The notes: generated by a model from the letters alone, not told the origin. A stretch of DNA of 63,898 nt, filler included, from Choristocarpus tenellus KU-1152 (GCA_964200185.2; 9 parts of 9 records of this genome joined end to end with filler, not necessarily neighbours in it); one strand, 5' to 3'; positions 13,200 to 25,237 are shown, counted from the first letter of the whole stretch. Numbers and translations are program-made.

Positions 13200-13742
13200 T
13201 ATCTCGTTTATTAATGAGATGTTCACGAAAGGAGGAGAAAAATACATGATGATAGTGCGTTCCTATTATTTGAGTTTGCGCACATTTCAAAAATAATGAT
13301 GTAAAAAGAGATAGTATCATAGATGCATTGGTTTAATTGATAGCTACAAGAGCGAACTTTGGATTCCCATAATAGGATATATCTCGTTTATTAATGAGAT
13401 GTTGACGAAAGGAGGAGAAAAATACATGATGATAGTGCGTGCGTTCTATTATTTGAGTTTGCGCACATTTCAAAAATAATGAACTAATAATGTAAAAAGA
13501 GATAGTATCATAGATGCATTGGTTTCATTGATAGCTACAAGAGCGAACTTTGGATTCCCATAATAGGATATATCTCGTTTATTAATGAGATATTGACGAA
13601 AGGACGAGAAAAATACATGATGATAGTGCGTTCCTATTATTTGAGTTTGCGCACATTTCAAAAATAATGATGTAAAAAGAGATAGTATCATAGATTCATT
13701 GGTTTAATTGATAGCTACAAGAGCGAACTTTGGATTCCCATA
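13200..13742. repeat. Tandem repeat, about 180-bp unit x3
   Basis: Unit TATCTCGTTTATTAATGAGAT...GCGAACTTTGGATTCCCATAATAGGATA starts at 13200, 13380 and 13571; near-identical, with small insertions in unit 2. Confidence 0.95.
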
Positions 13743-16732
13743 GGACATCCTTCCACCAAAAATGGTTTTTGAACCTAATTTTCGAACCTACCCTTTACAA
13801 AAGAGTAGTCCTCTGGTAACTTTTGAATGTGTTGGTAGTAGTCACTGAATAGGTGGAAATTTGCCGATGTATTTTTACAATAATAATGACGTTGTAGTCG
13901 AGAAAAATTTCCCAGTCACACCCATCTCCTTACTTAGTAGTGGTAGGAGGAAGTACTAGTGATGATGACATGTGCCACAGCATATTATGGAGGGATGTGC
14001 CTGCCTGTAGCTTGTTTCTTACTTTGTATCTACTATATATGCATTTGGCATCATCCTGTTTATTGCTGTTGCTGTTGCTGCTGTTGCTGTTTACAAATGA
14101 AAAACAAAACCAGAAATGGATAGCCCACATTGAAGTGGGTTTTTCATTTCCAAGGGTTCACAAAATCAAATCAGATACCAACACAAAGCCAGAGATATTA
14201 ACCTGTTGTGTAAGAGGTATATAAGGTGAAGAAGATCGGAGTTGAAGGTTGACAGTCTGATTGGGCGAAGATGTTACATTGTAAAGTTTGCAGGTGAGGT
14301 AGCTATGATCGTAGTAGTGTGTCTGGAATAGGTGACAATAGTTTTGCAGTTCTGACATTGTATGCAGTTGCAGACTGTGTGAGAGGTGTTTCTATCTACC
14401 GGTAATGTTTTGACCTAGTGGTTGTAGTAGTTGTGGTGCACATGGTTTGTATTGCTTTGAGGGCCCTCCGCTTTTATCGCAAGTGCTGTGGAGGATCGAT
14501 GGAGAACATAGCGGATTCCTACCATTAATTCAATGTATTCCTTTTGATACTTCGAAGTATTATGTTTGGTCCCTGGCCCTTTCGTTGTTTCTACCATCCA
14601 TTCTCAACAAGTAGTGGGTGATAGTTTCTTCAGAGCGACATGCATCATTACTGTTCTATGTTGTTTCGCAGTGTAGTGAACTACAGAGAAAGAAATACAC
14701 CCAATTGCACAGCCTTAATATCCTATGCATCCAAGCTATCTATGGGCACATTTGTTTGGCTATTCTTATACATCGGTATGCATTCTTATACAGTCTCCAA
14801 TAGTCCATGAGTCATGAGTTCCAAACACCTCTACCATCCGATATCCTGTGGTCATGGCTCAGTCGTTAAGGAAAATGTTCCTTTATATGAAGTTTGGAGT
14901 TTCCAACCTCATTGAAGCCATGCTCATTTTCATCGATATCCGGTTTTGTTATCCACTTCCACATGGCAAGCACAACAAAGAGGACATTAATTACCCTTAC
15001 TATCCTACCTGGCATTAGTTTACGTAATACCACAACCCAGGCCAGTCCAGCGCAAGATTTTATAGGGAATAGGCAGAGTGGTTGGACTGCTGAGCCCAAT
15101 GTGCAAGACTCATGGTGTGTGCAAAGGCAGCGCAATTAGTTCTAGTGCAACATGAGTTAGCATGAGAAGTAGTGTAGTGTGTAGGGTTAGGGTTACATGT
15201 TTCTGAACACATTATCAAAAAGAAAGAATTAAAGGTAACCAACATTGGCGAGGACACACTTTTGAGGTGCTGTCGGAGTAATGTAAGTTCCACCAGCCGA
15301 AACATGACCTATACAATGTACTGTCGCAAATGCAGGCCTCAGTACGTCTTTATCTTTCCTCTTGGGCCTTATCATAATTTCAGTTTAATGAATTATGTTT
15401 GCAATGGTGCAAAGGAAGTTGCAAGGAGGCATTCATGGGGCCAACCTCTCATTCCCACGGATGACTCTCCACTTTGCGGCACCCCCAAAATACTACTGTT
15501 GAGATTTCATGAACGCCCCAAATCACAAGGAATGCATTCCCAACATTACTCAACTCCCATTGGCTACGCATCTGTTTTTAAGGCAACATTGATGATCCAG
15601 CGCTTGAATGTGATGTAGGAAGATCATTCATCCAGCAAACTGAGCAAACCTCTCCGTGCTGCAAGAGACACACCTAGGTGCCGAGATACCCATCAGTAGA
15701 CCTATATGCGAGCTTCATTTTGAGATGTTGTGCCTCATCTCTTCCTACATGCCACAGGGCAGGAGCGGTGCAAGTCAAACTTACGTCCAAGGACCGGCTA
15801 TATCTCTACCAGCCATCCAAGCCACGGCACACTCCCTTCAGTGTACCACGACTTGATTGAGGTGCTAAAGAGAAAAAATGTGTGACTTGACAGACGGACA
15901 GAAGACAGAAGAATGAACGTTTAATTCTAATCACATGATCCACACACACGGCAGCATGTGTCGGGTCCAAGGTTGTGTGGCCATTGGCTTGGCCTTGTAA
16001 CCTCTACATTACTAGATTAAAATTATGTTATGACAGCAGACCATGATGCTGTATCGAGTCTTAACAAATCAGGAGGCACAAAATTGATAAACAACTGAGA
16101 TAATAAGTGTGTATAGCTCTAAACTCCATAAATAGTATAATTGATTGTTCAAACAGTGCACTGGCACATGCTGGGGGGGAGGCACAACCATTGCACAGGG
16201 GATGGCGCCAATCCAAAATTGTCTGACTGTCTTGTTTGTCACAAAAGGTTTTTCAAAACGTTTCTGAAGGATTGATACCACTGCACACTAATGAAATACC
16301 ACTCTGAGTAAGCACATAGATACCTTGTCTTGATAACCAAAAACCTATCAAGTTTGGATTAGCTAACATTGGATTAAAAGAACATTTCCCTACAATTCTA
16401 TAAGTTGAACCAGGGTGCAGGGTAGTGAAAAATAGATTCTCATAGAACATTGACCGGTTAGGGCCTTTCAATGACTGCAATCTGCCAGGCACCTCTTCAG
16501 CATGGTACCAACAAAAATGACATGACTATGGTAAGGACAAGCCCAATACTGGACTACAGTGAGGGAATCCAAAACAACAAATAGCCCCACTGGAACATAA
16601 GCGCCACAAAGGTCCAGGTATCAACCAAGGCTCCTTTACAAGTCTTCCCTGTGTGTGATTCAAGTGCAACCTTTTGTTGTTGGTATTATGAGATGCAAGC
16701 AAGGCACATCAAGACTCAAAATATCTGAGCTA

Positions 16733-18466
16733 TCAGGGGTCCAGCACATCCTGCAGGGTGGATCCATATCGTGCCACATAGCTCCTCTGCTCCTCTGCAA
16801 TCCTGGAGATAGGGTAAACCATGAACGTCAAGGAGATACCACACATATTTAGTACAAAGGAAAGCAGATAATCTATATCAAAATCTGCCTGAAGACATTT
16901 CTCAACTGCCCAATCAGCTGCCTGGGTGCAGAACAAAAGAAATCAATAGGAACCATGTCTTGAAATCAATGTCAGGCGGGCTAATGAAAGGGAAGACTTC
17001 CAACCTCAGTTTAATTGGTCAAATCATGCATCTTTCAGTGACTCCTGGGTTAAGTTACCATCTGCCTCTATATTCGCCATAACCAAAAAATACATCACTT
17101 CTAAAGAATGTGAAGGTGAACCTAACCTGTGGGCCAATGGGCTGTCTCGTACGGCTTGTCCCCATTCCCTTCTAAACACAAACATATCTGTGAGTGGGGA
17201 TAGTCAAGTCGCAAGTTCTTCATCAGCAGATGTTATTGGGGTGCACTGTGGAAGGGGTTGGGTGATGGGGAAATGGTAGGGTTGTAAATGCGGTGGACAA
17301 CAGAGACAAGAGTGTGGAATGGATGCCACTCTCATTCCCCATTTGAAAAAAACAAAACAGCATGAAGCGCTGCATCAAAGAGGCTCTGACAGTAAGGCAA
17401 CATTCAACCGACACATTCTTCCGCCGGCAATGGTGTTGCTTGTGTCACATGCCACAATCATCCTACTACCTTGCTCATACTCTTATCCACTCAAACAGCA
17501 ATGTAAGTTGTGAGTATGCCTGCAGCACAAAGTGATGAAGCCCTTCGTACCTGGTGCCGACGAGGCTGAGGATGGTACTGTGGGAATGGAGGGAGCTGGG
17601 GGCGTAGGTGATGCAACCTCTATAGATGTTGGTGTTGGAGTAGGTGCAGGTACAGGAGTAGGTGGAGGTGTAGGAGTAGCGGCAGGAGGATCCATAACTG
17701 CTGGCGACGACGCTTCGTCAATTACACTCTCTGCGACGAAATCCTTGAAGGCACTAACGGACTCTGCGTCATCAACAGTCACACAAATAGGTGTACCGAC
17801 AGTTACGTTTTGCGTTCCCTCTGCCAGGAGTATCTTTGCCAAGAAGGAGTCGTCCTGGGCTTCGAAGTCCATGGTCTAGGGACACGACCAGATAACGACC
17901 AATTACGATGGAGGCAACTGTGTTAGTAGTGCGTAGCAAGGAGAGAAGGTCCAAGCAAGGACGAATTTGTCTTCATGGTACAACACTCTGCAAATACAAG
18001 GCCTTCAACCCAGGGTCAGCTTGACCAATCTTGTGAAGCAGTTAAAAGTAGGTACCTCACCCACTCACCGCCTTGTCAGTTTCCAGTTGACAAATTAAAT
18101 CGCCTGGCGCTATCTCATCCCCCTCAGCCTTGAGCCACTTGCCAATACCACCATGGGTCATTGTTGGGGAGAGTGCTACCCTCCAAAAAGTGAGGATGAC
18201 CAAAGATTTGGGGAATGTATTTGTCAGAGACCAAAAGTACACCAAGTCAATCTGGACTACAATATGAAATTCGTGGAATAAAGGTCCACCCACACTATTG
18301 CAAAAGACCTAAACAGACCTGGCATGCCAACAACGATGTGATCGGGGAGACTGGAAAAGTTGCTAGTTGCTGGAGTCACAGGATGCCACCGTCCATAACC
18401 CAGCGTTTTAAACCATGCAACCCTCACCGCAGGTGAAAATAAACGGCGGCATGCAAGACTATTCAT
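16733..18466 (-). CDS. Mitochondrial lipoyl-domain protein, PDH E2/E3BP-like but lacking PSBD and acyltransferase domains (236 aa). Exons 18466-18319, 18175-18069, 17875-17551, 17187-17127, 16802-16733
   Basis: Presequence-like N-terminus, lipoyl domain [54 protein letters not shown], Pro/Ala/Thr linker, then [43 protein letters not shown]. Four GT-AG introns give an open 711-nt CDS. Confidence 0.85.
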
Positions 18467-18659
18467 AGTATGCGCAACCAGGGGGAGAGAACAAGAGAGT
18501 GAATGCACCAGGGTTTGGTGGTGATTGAAACTCGAAACGGAACGAAACTTTGCAATTCCTTCAGTGTTAGGGATTTGGTGTTAGGGTTGATTTTCCCATG
18601 TATATCAACACATCTACAAGTTGGGTTGGAAAGAGGAATCACTGTGGTGATTGAAGACC

Positions 18660-19415
18660 ATGAAACACTACCAAAGGCTCCTTCTACCAGTTTTCTTAGC
18701 CTTAATAGTGTGGGGGGTCGGAATGGGATATTGTGCGGGCTATGGAGCCTGCAAGGATGCAGTGCACGACGTCGTTGGAATCGTGAGTTTCTCAGGAACT
18801 GAGAGTTCGATAGGACCGGTATTGACGACGAGGAGGCGTTTTATCGCATGCCGAACTTATGACTTGCCCTTTCTCACAGAGGAAATGGAGAAGGCAAATC
18901 AGTCCAACTTTTTAAATTTCATGTTGGAGATAGTCCAACGACGGAGAACCTCAATGTCAAGGGTTCAGCTCTAAGAAAACAGTCTACTAAGAATCGTTTT
19001 TAGATCCATTTTTCTGTCGACGTTTTCTCATGACCCAAGGCAGGCTTTCAACATGCATCTCCCCTTCGAAATATTATTTAGGTCGCAACTGGGATTAGTG
19101 TTGAAGTTAGACAAAGTCTGAAGTCAACACCATCTCTCGCTAGTATATAGATGATCATTTCCCATTGTCCTTTACAATGAGTTGGCTGCACTAAACCAGA
19201 AAATACTAAGTGGGCCAAAGCCTTCATATGACCGCTTTTCTGAAAAACGTTTCAAAACATATCCTGTCCCTACGTGTCTGTTACTTGTCCCCCACTCCTG
19301 CATGCAGCTCCCACTGTACTCGTTGATAGTCTTTGGTTGCTACGCCCTTGGGCGTATAGGAGCTGGAATCTACACGTTCAAAGACTGTACGGAAGAAGCA
19401 AAGTCCCTTGAAATG
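18660..19415 (+). CDS. DPM3: Dolichol-phosphate mannosyltransferase subunit 3; exons 18660-18782 and 19308-19415, last exon not found
   Basis: MKHYQRLLLPVFLALIVW...|LPLYSLIVFGCYALGRIGAGIYTFKDCTEEAKSLEM matches the DPM3 signature LPxYxLVxxGCYALxxxGxxxxTFxDCxxxAxxL. Confidence 0.9.
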
Positions 19416-21151
19416 GTGAGGTATTGTATAAGTGAAACGTATTCCTAGGATTTGTTGTGGATATCAAGGACAGTTTGAGGACACCTATTCCACGTAGGTA
19501 TCCAAAAACAGGGCATCATTGAATCGCTTGAGCGCAGTGGTCAGCAAGAAAATATTTTCCTGCGCTTGATTGGCATACCGTGACTACATCCTGAGGCCCA
19601 ATAGCACTTCTTGTCTTTAGAGGATGGTCATACACAATGCACTACACACAATTGCATGTCGCTTTATTTTACTAGAAGGGCTAGCAGTTCAAGGTCAGGA
19701 GAGGAACTGACTATCTCTAAAGAGTCAAGGTTGACATGTGAAAAGTTCCTTTTATCAAATTCAGTCCTATAGGCCTACAGCCTTAACGTTTAGTTGGTGT
19801 CTGTGCTCATTTCTTCTGTTTTGTAGAATGATAGTATTGACCTCTCATACTTGGTCGGAAACGTGAACCTGTGCAAGTGCGATCTCCCCATTGGAGCATA
19901 CTGAAGGCAAAAAATGAAAAACAATGTGTGTAGGGTATCAACAGTAAGGCAGTCAACTGCTTGTGAAAGTTTGTATGATATATTGATGGACAGAAGGCTA
20001 GTTGTATAACAAGAGTTATTAGGATATTTCTTCCATTATGTCTTGAACTGGGATTTCAAACCCCTTTCATGTGGCAAAATATAACCTATATATACTAAAG
20101 GTTGATCCCCTTGCTGACAGTTCAGCATGGCAAAGTGGCACTTATATTAAATAATCAGGGGCGAAAAAATGTACAAGTGAAGATGAAAGTTTTGTGTTGT
20201 AATAATATCTGTGAGATTGTGATGTGGTGAGCCCTTGATGGGTACTACATGGGCCTTGTTCTCACGGTCTGGGGATGCTGATGATGCCCTGAGAAGAGTC
20301 TCCTCCCTTGAGAAAGGGCGCAAAACAATCTGTATTATCTCGCTTAAGATCCCCTAAATACGACACTACGAGGAGACAAGGGAAAGGGGGAACCTGTGTG
20401 TCCCATGGCATTGTCTTGCTCCTGTGTCAGTGTCTGTTGGAACCAAATCAGCTTTGGTGAGGTGGAATACAGAATCTTCTACGTAAATGTTCTTGTCCAA
20501 TCATGACTAAGCACCTGTTTTACGTACAGTGTAGGTCAGCTATGATAGTTGGACATGTCTTTGTTGGATTGTACTCCCTGTGAACTACAAGAGTAGTAAC
20601 TGTAGGTAGTACACAGTATGGTGAGATCCCCCCATGTATCATTGGTCTTCATCTATGTTGAACCCTCCCCCTGAGCGGTACGGTTTGGAAGAAACTAGCC
20701 TAGTATATCAGTTGTATCAATCAATATAAGTGGAGAGGGGGGGCAGAAATCCTTCCAATCTGCAATGTAGAGAATGAACCACCGCTGAGGTTATCGCCTT
20801 TCCTTGAGACAAACACAAGATAATTTGAAGTACAAGTTTCAGCTGTTGGGGTGTAAGTCTGTAAGAAAATTACATGTGAATTACGTTATGTAAAGTCATA
20901 ATTATGTACCTCTGCTGCAGCAACCTGGTCGATCCAGCCTAGCAAATATGGAGGGAAGAAAGGACAAATTTAATAGCCCACTGAGGGGAGTCAACCCTTG
21001 CAGTGGTAAGAGGGACTTCTACCTACCTACCTACCTACCTACCTACCTATGNNNNNNNNNNNNNNNNNNNNNNNNNNNNNNNNNNNNNNNNNNNNTTAAT
21101 TAATTAANNNNNNNNNNNNNNNNNNNNNNNNNNNNNNNNNNNNNNNNNNNN

Positions 21152-24100
21152 CCTTTCGCTGAACGTGAAAAGAACGGATGGTTGAAATTAGAAGAGTGAC
21201 CTTGTGGGGTGTCTTCTCATTGCTTTTTTATTATTATTTGTGCTTCCTACAGAAGTCAACAATTAGCACATGGACTCAATCAAAATGACTATCTCTCATA
21301 CAAAAAACAAGGTACACCTCACTATTGTCCTATTTTGCACACTCCCCCATGAGAGTGCAGGCAATGAAAGAGTTGCTGGAAATCTCAAACCTAAAAAATC
21401 TTATTGTGTACACTCCCCATTCTGCACATTCCCCCATGAAAATGGAAGTAAAAGACGTCAGATTGGTTCAATTCTCACACACATCACACTTATCTTTTCA
21501 ACGCAGTAAAAGAACGCAGATTACTTCAAGTTTAACACACGATATTCATCTAGTCAACACAGTGTCTACAAAGTCTTCTACCTGCTTCTTGCGTAGTCTT
21601 TTGGTCAATATATCTCTGCTAGTTCTAGTGTTGTTAGTATATACTCCACTCTAAGAAACCCTTTGCTTAACTTACTCCCTGGTGCATTTTAGTTTAATAT
21701 GTACATGTCTTGTCCGTCCATTGAAACCTTGAGTTGTTGCTGTTTGGATTGTACCTCGATTGTCTCCATACCAAACCGTGATCCCTTTGAGTATGCACAG
21801 CTCCCTCAGGATGCCTCTGACGAATATTGCATGCCTCATTCCATGCACCATCGCTGTCCATTCTGCCTCTGATGAAGATGTGGTTACAGCTCCTTGCATC
21901 TTGGATTTCCATGCGACGGGTGCTCCATTCATGAGTATCAGATACCCTGTCACACTCCGCCTCGATGCAGTGTCATTGCTCCAGTCTGAGTCTCCATACC
22001 CGACCAGGCCCCCACTGTCCATTTCACCACCAGCAGGATAGTGTATCCCTATTTTCGTGGTGCCCACCAGGTATCGCAGAACATGTTGTAGTCCTTTCCA
22101 GTGTCGATCGCATGAGATGCTGCATACCTTCCCAGTTCCCGCACACTGTTGGATAAGTCTGGTCGTGTCATCCCGGCTAGGAACATAAGTTTCTCCAGGA
22201 TGGTGCGGTAAGGTTTGTCCCTCTGGTCCAGTTCTTCTTGCGGTCATGTCCATTCCTGGGTTTAAAGGTGATGAGGTACTCCGTACTTCTGTGGATCCCA
22301 TTCCTTTGCGAACAATGCTCGCAGCATAGAAATGTTGGTCTAGTATGATGCCAGCCTCATCCTTGTTGATTGCCACCCCAACAAACTTTGTCTGGGGTCT
22401 CGAGGTCCCGTCCTTCGTACTTGGTAAGCAAATTGCTCTTCATCCTTTTTATTTCTTCGTGGAAGTTTCCAGTCAATGAGATGTCATCCACGTACGTAGT
22501 GAAAAGAACAGTGACCCTTCCATCTTCTCTCCTTTTCACATATAAGCAGGCGTCAAAATCGCTAACACTCCACTCCTCAGCTAATATTGTTCCCTTTAGC
22601 TCCTGGTACCACTCCATTGCTGATTGCTTAAGGCCATAGATAGCCCTGGCAGCTTTTACGATGGATTCATTGGGCAATTGTAGCCATACATCTTCAGGGA
22701 GTGGTGCGTTCAGGTAGGCTTGAGTGAAGTCTAGGGAGTTGATGGTCCAGTTTCGGTTAGCTGCTGTAGCCAGGACTGCTCGAATCACGTCAAATCCCAC
22801 CACTGGACTAAATGTGCTGAAGTAGTCTGCCCCTTCTTGTTGGGAAAACCCCGTTTCACCAACGTGGCCTTATATCTTTTGATGTCTCCATTTGCAGTCC
22901 TTTTTTGATTTTGAATATAAATCTGGTTTTGACGGGTCTCCTCCCTGATGGCAGACTCTCTCCCTCATGGAAGGTTCCTTTGGTTCGTTTGCCCTCCATT
23001 TCTTGTTCCATTGCCTTCTTCCAGTGTTCTGCATCAGGCCCTGCGAGGGCTTCTGTGATGGCTGATGGCTCCTGGTGGCCTATTGAGATGTCACCTGCCA
23101 TGCCCATCAAACAGTATGCATCATCCGTGCTTGATCTGAACAGATTCACTATATTCTCTCCCAGTTCTTTTTATCTCCAGAGTGTAAGCCCCTGTAGTCC
23201 ACACTGGGTTGTTCAGCTTTCCTGGCTGACCTCCGTTGTCCACTAGGTGAACTTGTCAAGTTCTTTCCAATGGCTGTTGCTTGGTGTATCGGATCGACTG
23301 CAATATCGAAATACCGATCAGAGTCGTCTTCAGTATCAGAATTTTTTCATCATCCGTCGAAGTCATGGTCTCTCTCTCCCCCACGAAGTCCATGATGCGT
23401 TCGTCTGGCTGGAACGTCACGTGGGCTGAGGTTACCAAGAACTTGGCCTCTTGAAGAAGCCAGATGTGCCAGCATAGTGATGTACGATCATGTCCCATAA
23501 TTATACCTCGCTTGGCGTATGGGTGAAACTTTGAACTGGCCCCTCTCTGCTGCTTGTCCTGGTGAACATAGCACTCGCTCCCGAGTCAAAGCATTCAAGA
23601 GGGTAGGTCCGCGTCCGTTCGGGGTCATAAATCCAATGTTTCAATTTTGATGAATTTTGGCTATTGTCTTTGTAAGCAAGTGTCAATATTACATGCTCCG
23701 AACACACCTTTCATAGTCGTGTATATTTTAGGTAACAGTGTTCACACAGAAAACCAAAAAGGGGAATAAAATACCATTCAAACGTCAAGCCCTGAATGGA
23801 CAAACGGGGCAAAATTCCTACCCTCTTGAATACTTTGGGTCTCCCCCAGGCCCGAAGCCTATCGTAGTTGAAAGATTTACCTGTTAGACGCTTGCATGGC
23901 GTCTCTCCTCCCAGGTATTCGTGTGGCATGCCTCCTGTCTTGAAGGCGACGTCCATGATGACAAAGAACCAATAATCGTCGCCCAGCCCAGCCTTTGGCA
24001 GTTGACTCCTTGCTGCCCCCATGAGTTGCTTTATCGCCCTTTCGGCGATTCCGTTGCTCTGTGGTGTTCTCGGTGGAGATTTGCTCCATCAGGTTCCGTT

Positions 24101-24240
24101 GTTCGCCAGCATTCTTTGGAACTTCACTGATCTCCCAAGCTCGCCAGCACCATCCCCACTGATGATCCATAAATTCTCCTCCATTCCGTCTTATACTTCC
24201 AGTACAGTAAGGGTCCCACTTTAGTGCTGCCCGGAATAGT
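21152..24240 (-). mobile_element. Decayed Ty1/copia LTR retrotransposon (integrase-RT-RNase H, PPT and probable 3' LTR), interrupted by a MITE
   Basis: Integrase GDGAGE...PRTPQSNGIAER...LRAWG/SECYVH. RT LDFTQAYLNA, IYGLKQSAMEW, YVDD. RNase H YGDSDWS, SSSEAE, DNRG, HIKL and DILTKRL. Order INT-RT-RH, with several stops and frameshifts. GGGGGA(A/G)TG tracts at about 21430 and 21345. Confidence 0.95.
23583..23841. mobile_element. MITE family B (diverged, 259 bp) inserted in copia integrase
   Basis: TIRs GAGTCAAAGCATTCAAGAGGGTAG ... CTACCCTCTTGAATACTTTGGGTC with TCCC on both sides. Removing the element plus one TCCC restores the in-frame LRAWGSECYVH. Confidence 0.92.
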
Positions 24241-24300
24241 TCATGTCCCGCAACAGTGCGGTTAAAATCGCTTGGCACGACTTCGGTCCCTCCATAGTGC

Positions 24301-24382
24301 GGTTACCGCACTATTCAGGGTCATTATGTACCCCTGATAGTGCGGTTAGGGGGTCATAATGACCCTGAATAGTGCGGTAACC
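24301..24382. repeat. Perfect 28-bp inverted repeat (fold-back)
   Basis: GGTTACCGCACTATTCAGGGTCATTATG (24301-24328) and CATAATGACCCTGAATAGTGCGGTAACC (24355-24382). Confidence 0.95.
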
Positions 24383-24397
24383 ACACATTCTCTCCCT

Positions 24398-24575
24398 AAC
24401 CCAAAGTATCTGGGGGAGGTGGGGTTCCGCACCAGGGTGTCCATTTGGGTCATACCCAGGAAAAATGCACTTCCATTATCCATCCGACATATGCAGCCAA
24501 ATCACCAAATAATCACGACATGAAAAAATTGGTCCCAAATGGACAGCCGCCACCCTCCCCCAGATACTTTGAGTC
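24398..24575. mobile_element. MITE family A (opposite orientation to the 7596 copy)
   Basis: CCCAAAGTATCTGGGGG ... CCCCCAGATACTTTGAGTC; the interior is the reverse-complement homologue of 7596-7779. Confidence 0.88.
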
Positions 24576-24662
24576 TCTATACACCACACACACACACAGA
24601 AAACCTGTCATACTGTACTACAGCAGTACTACTGTTGTGCAGCAGTGGACGTGTACCACGCG

Positions 24663-24971
24663 ATGCCCTGTGCTGCAGGTGAGTCCTGCCTGTTTCCCGA
24701 CATGACCCCAAAAGAACCTAACGGCCATGTATGCCAAGGAGGGTGTGGTGGACGGCTCCACGGCACCTGTGGTGAAGTGGAGCCGGAGAGCGGAAACGAA
24801 TTGCACCGCATCTGCCCCACATGGGTTGCTGCCAACCAGTCTGCCAACCAGTCCTCGCAAGCTGCCGCGGGCAAGTGCAAACTTGGTGCGGCATCTTCCT
24901 TGGGAGGGCCTGGAGCCGCCAAGAAAGCAGCATGCACGTCCCGCGGACGGCAGACTCTGGGACAGAAGCTG
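24663..24971 (+). CDS. N-terminus of a probable pogo/Tigger-like transposase with a Cys/His zinc-finger, cut by contig end
   Basis: MPCAAGESCLF...GHVCQGGCGGRLHGTCGEVE...RICPTW followed by RGRQTLGQKL, which resembles the start of a CENP-B/psq HTH (RxxLTLxQKL). No DDE domain is visible. Confidence 0.55.
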
Positions 24972-25237
24972 NNNNNNNNNNNNNNNNNNNNNNNNNNNNN
25001 NNNNNNNNNNNNNNNTTAATTAATTAANNNNNNNNNNNNNNNNNNNNNNNNNNNNNNNNNNNNNNNNNNNNAAAAAAAAACCACACAGGAGAGGTGGAAA
25101 AAGGGGGGGGGGGGGGGGGGGAGGGGGGGGGGGGGGGGGGGGGGGGGGCAGGGGGGTGAAGATTGCAACTATAAAAATATGAACAGTGGCACAACAACAA
25201 AATCCTCCCTGAATAGATCTCCACTACAAGTGAGTAC

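Noticed and set aside
14150-15900. Possible decayed LINE/RT or missing E2 catalytic exons downstream of the lipoyl gene
   Set aside because: Only weak motif-like fragments (e.g. ILGVP) in stop-ridden frames; no acyltransferase motif such as DHRxxDG was seen.
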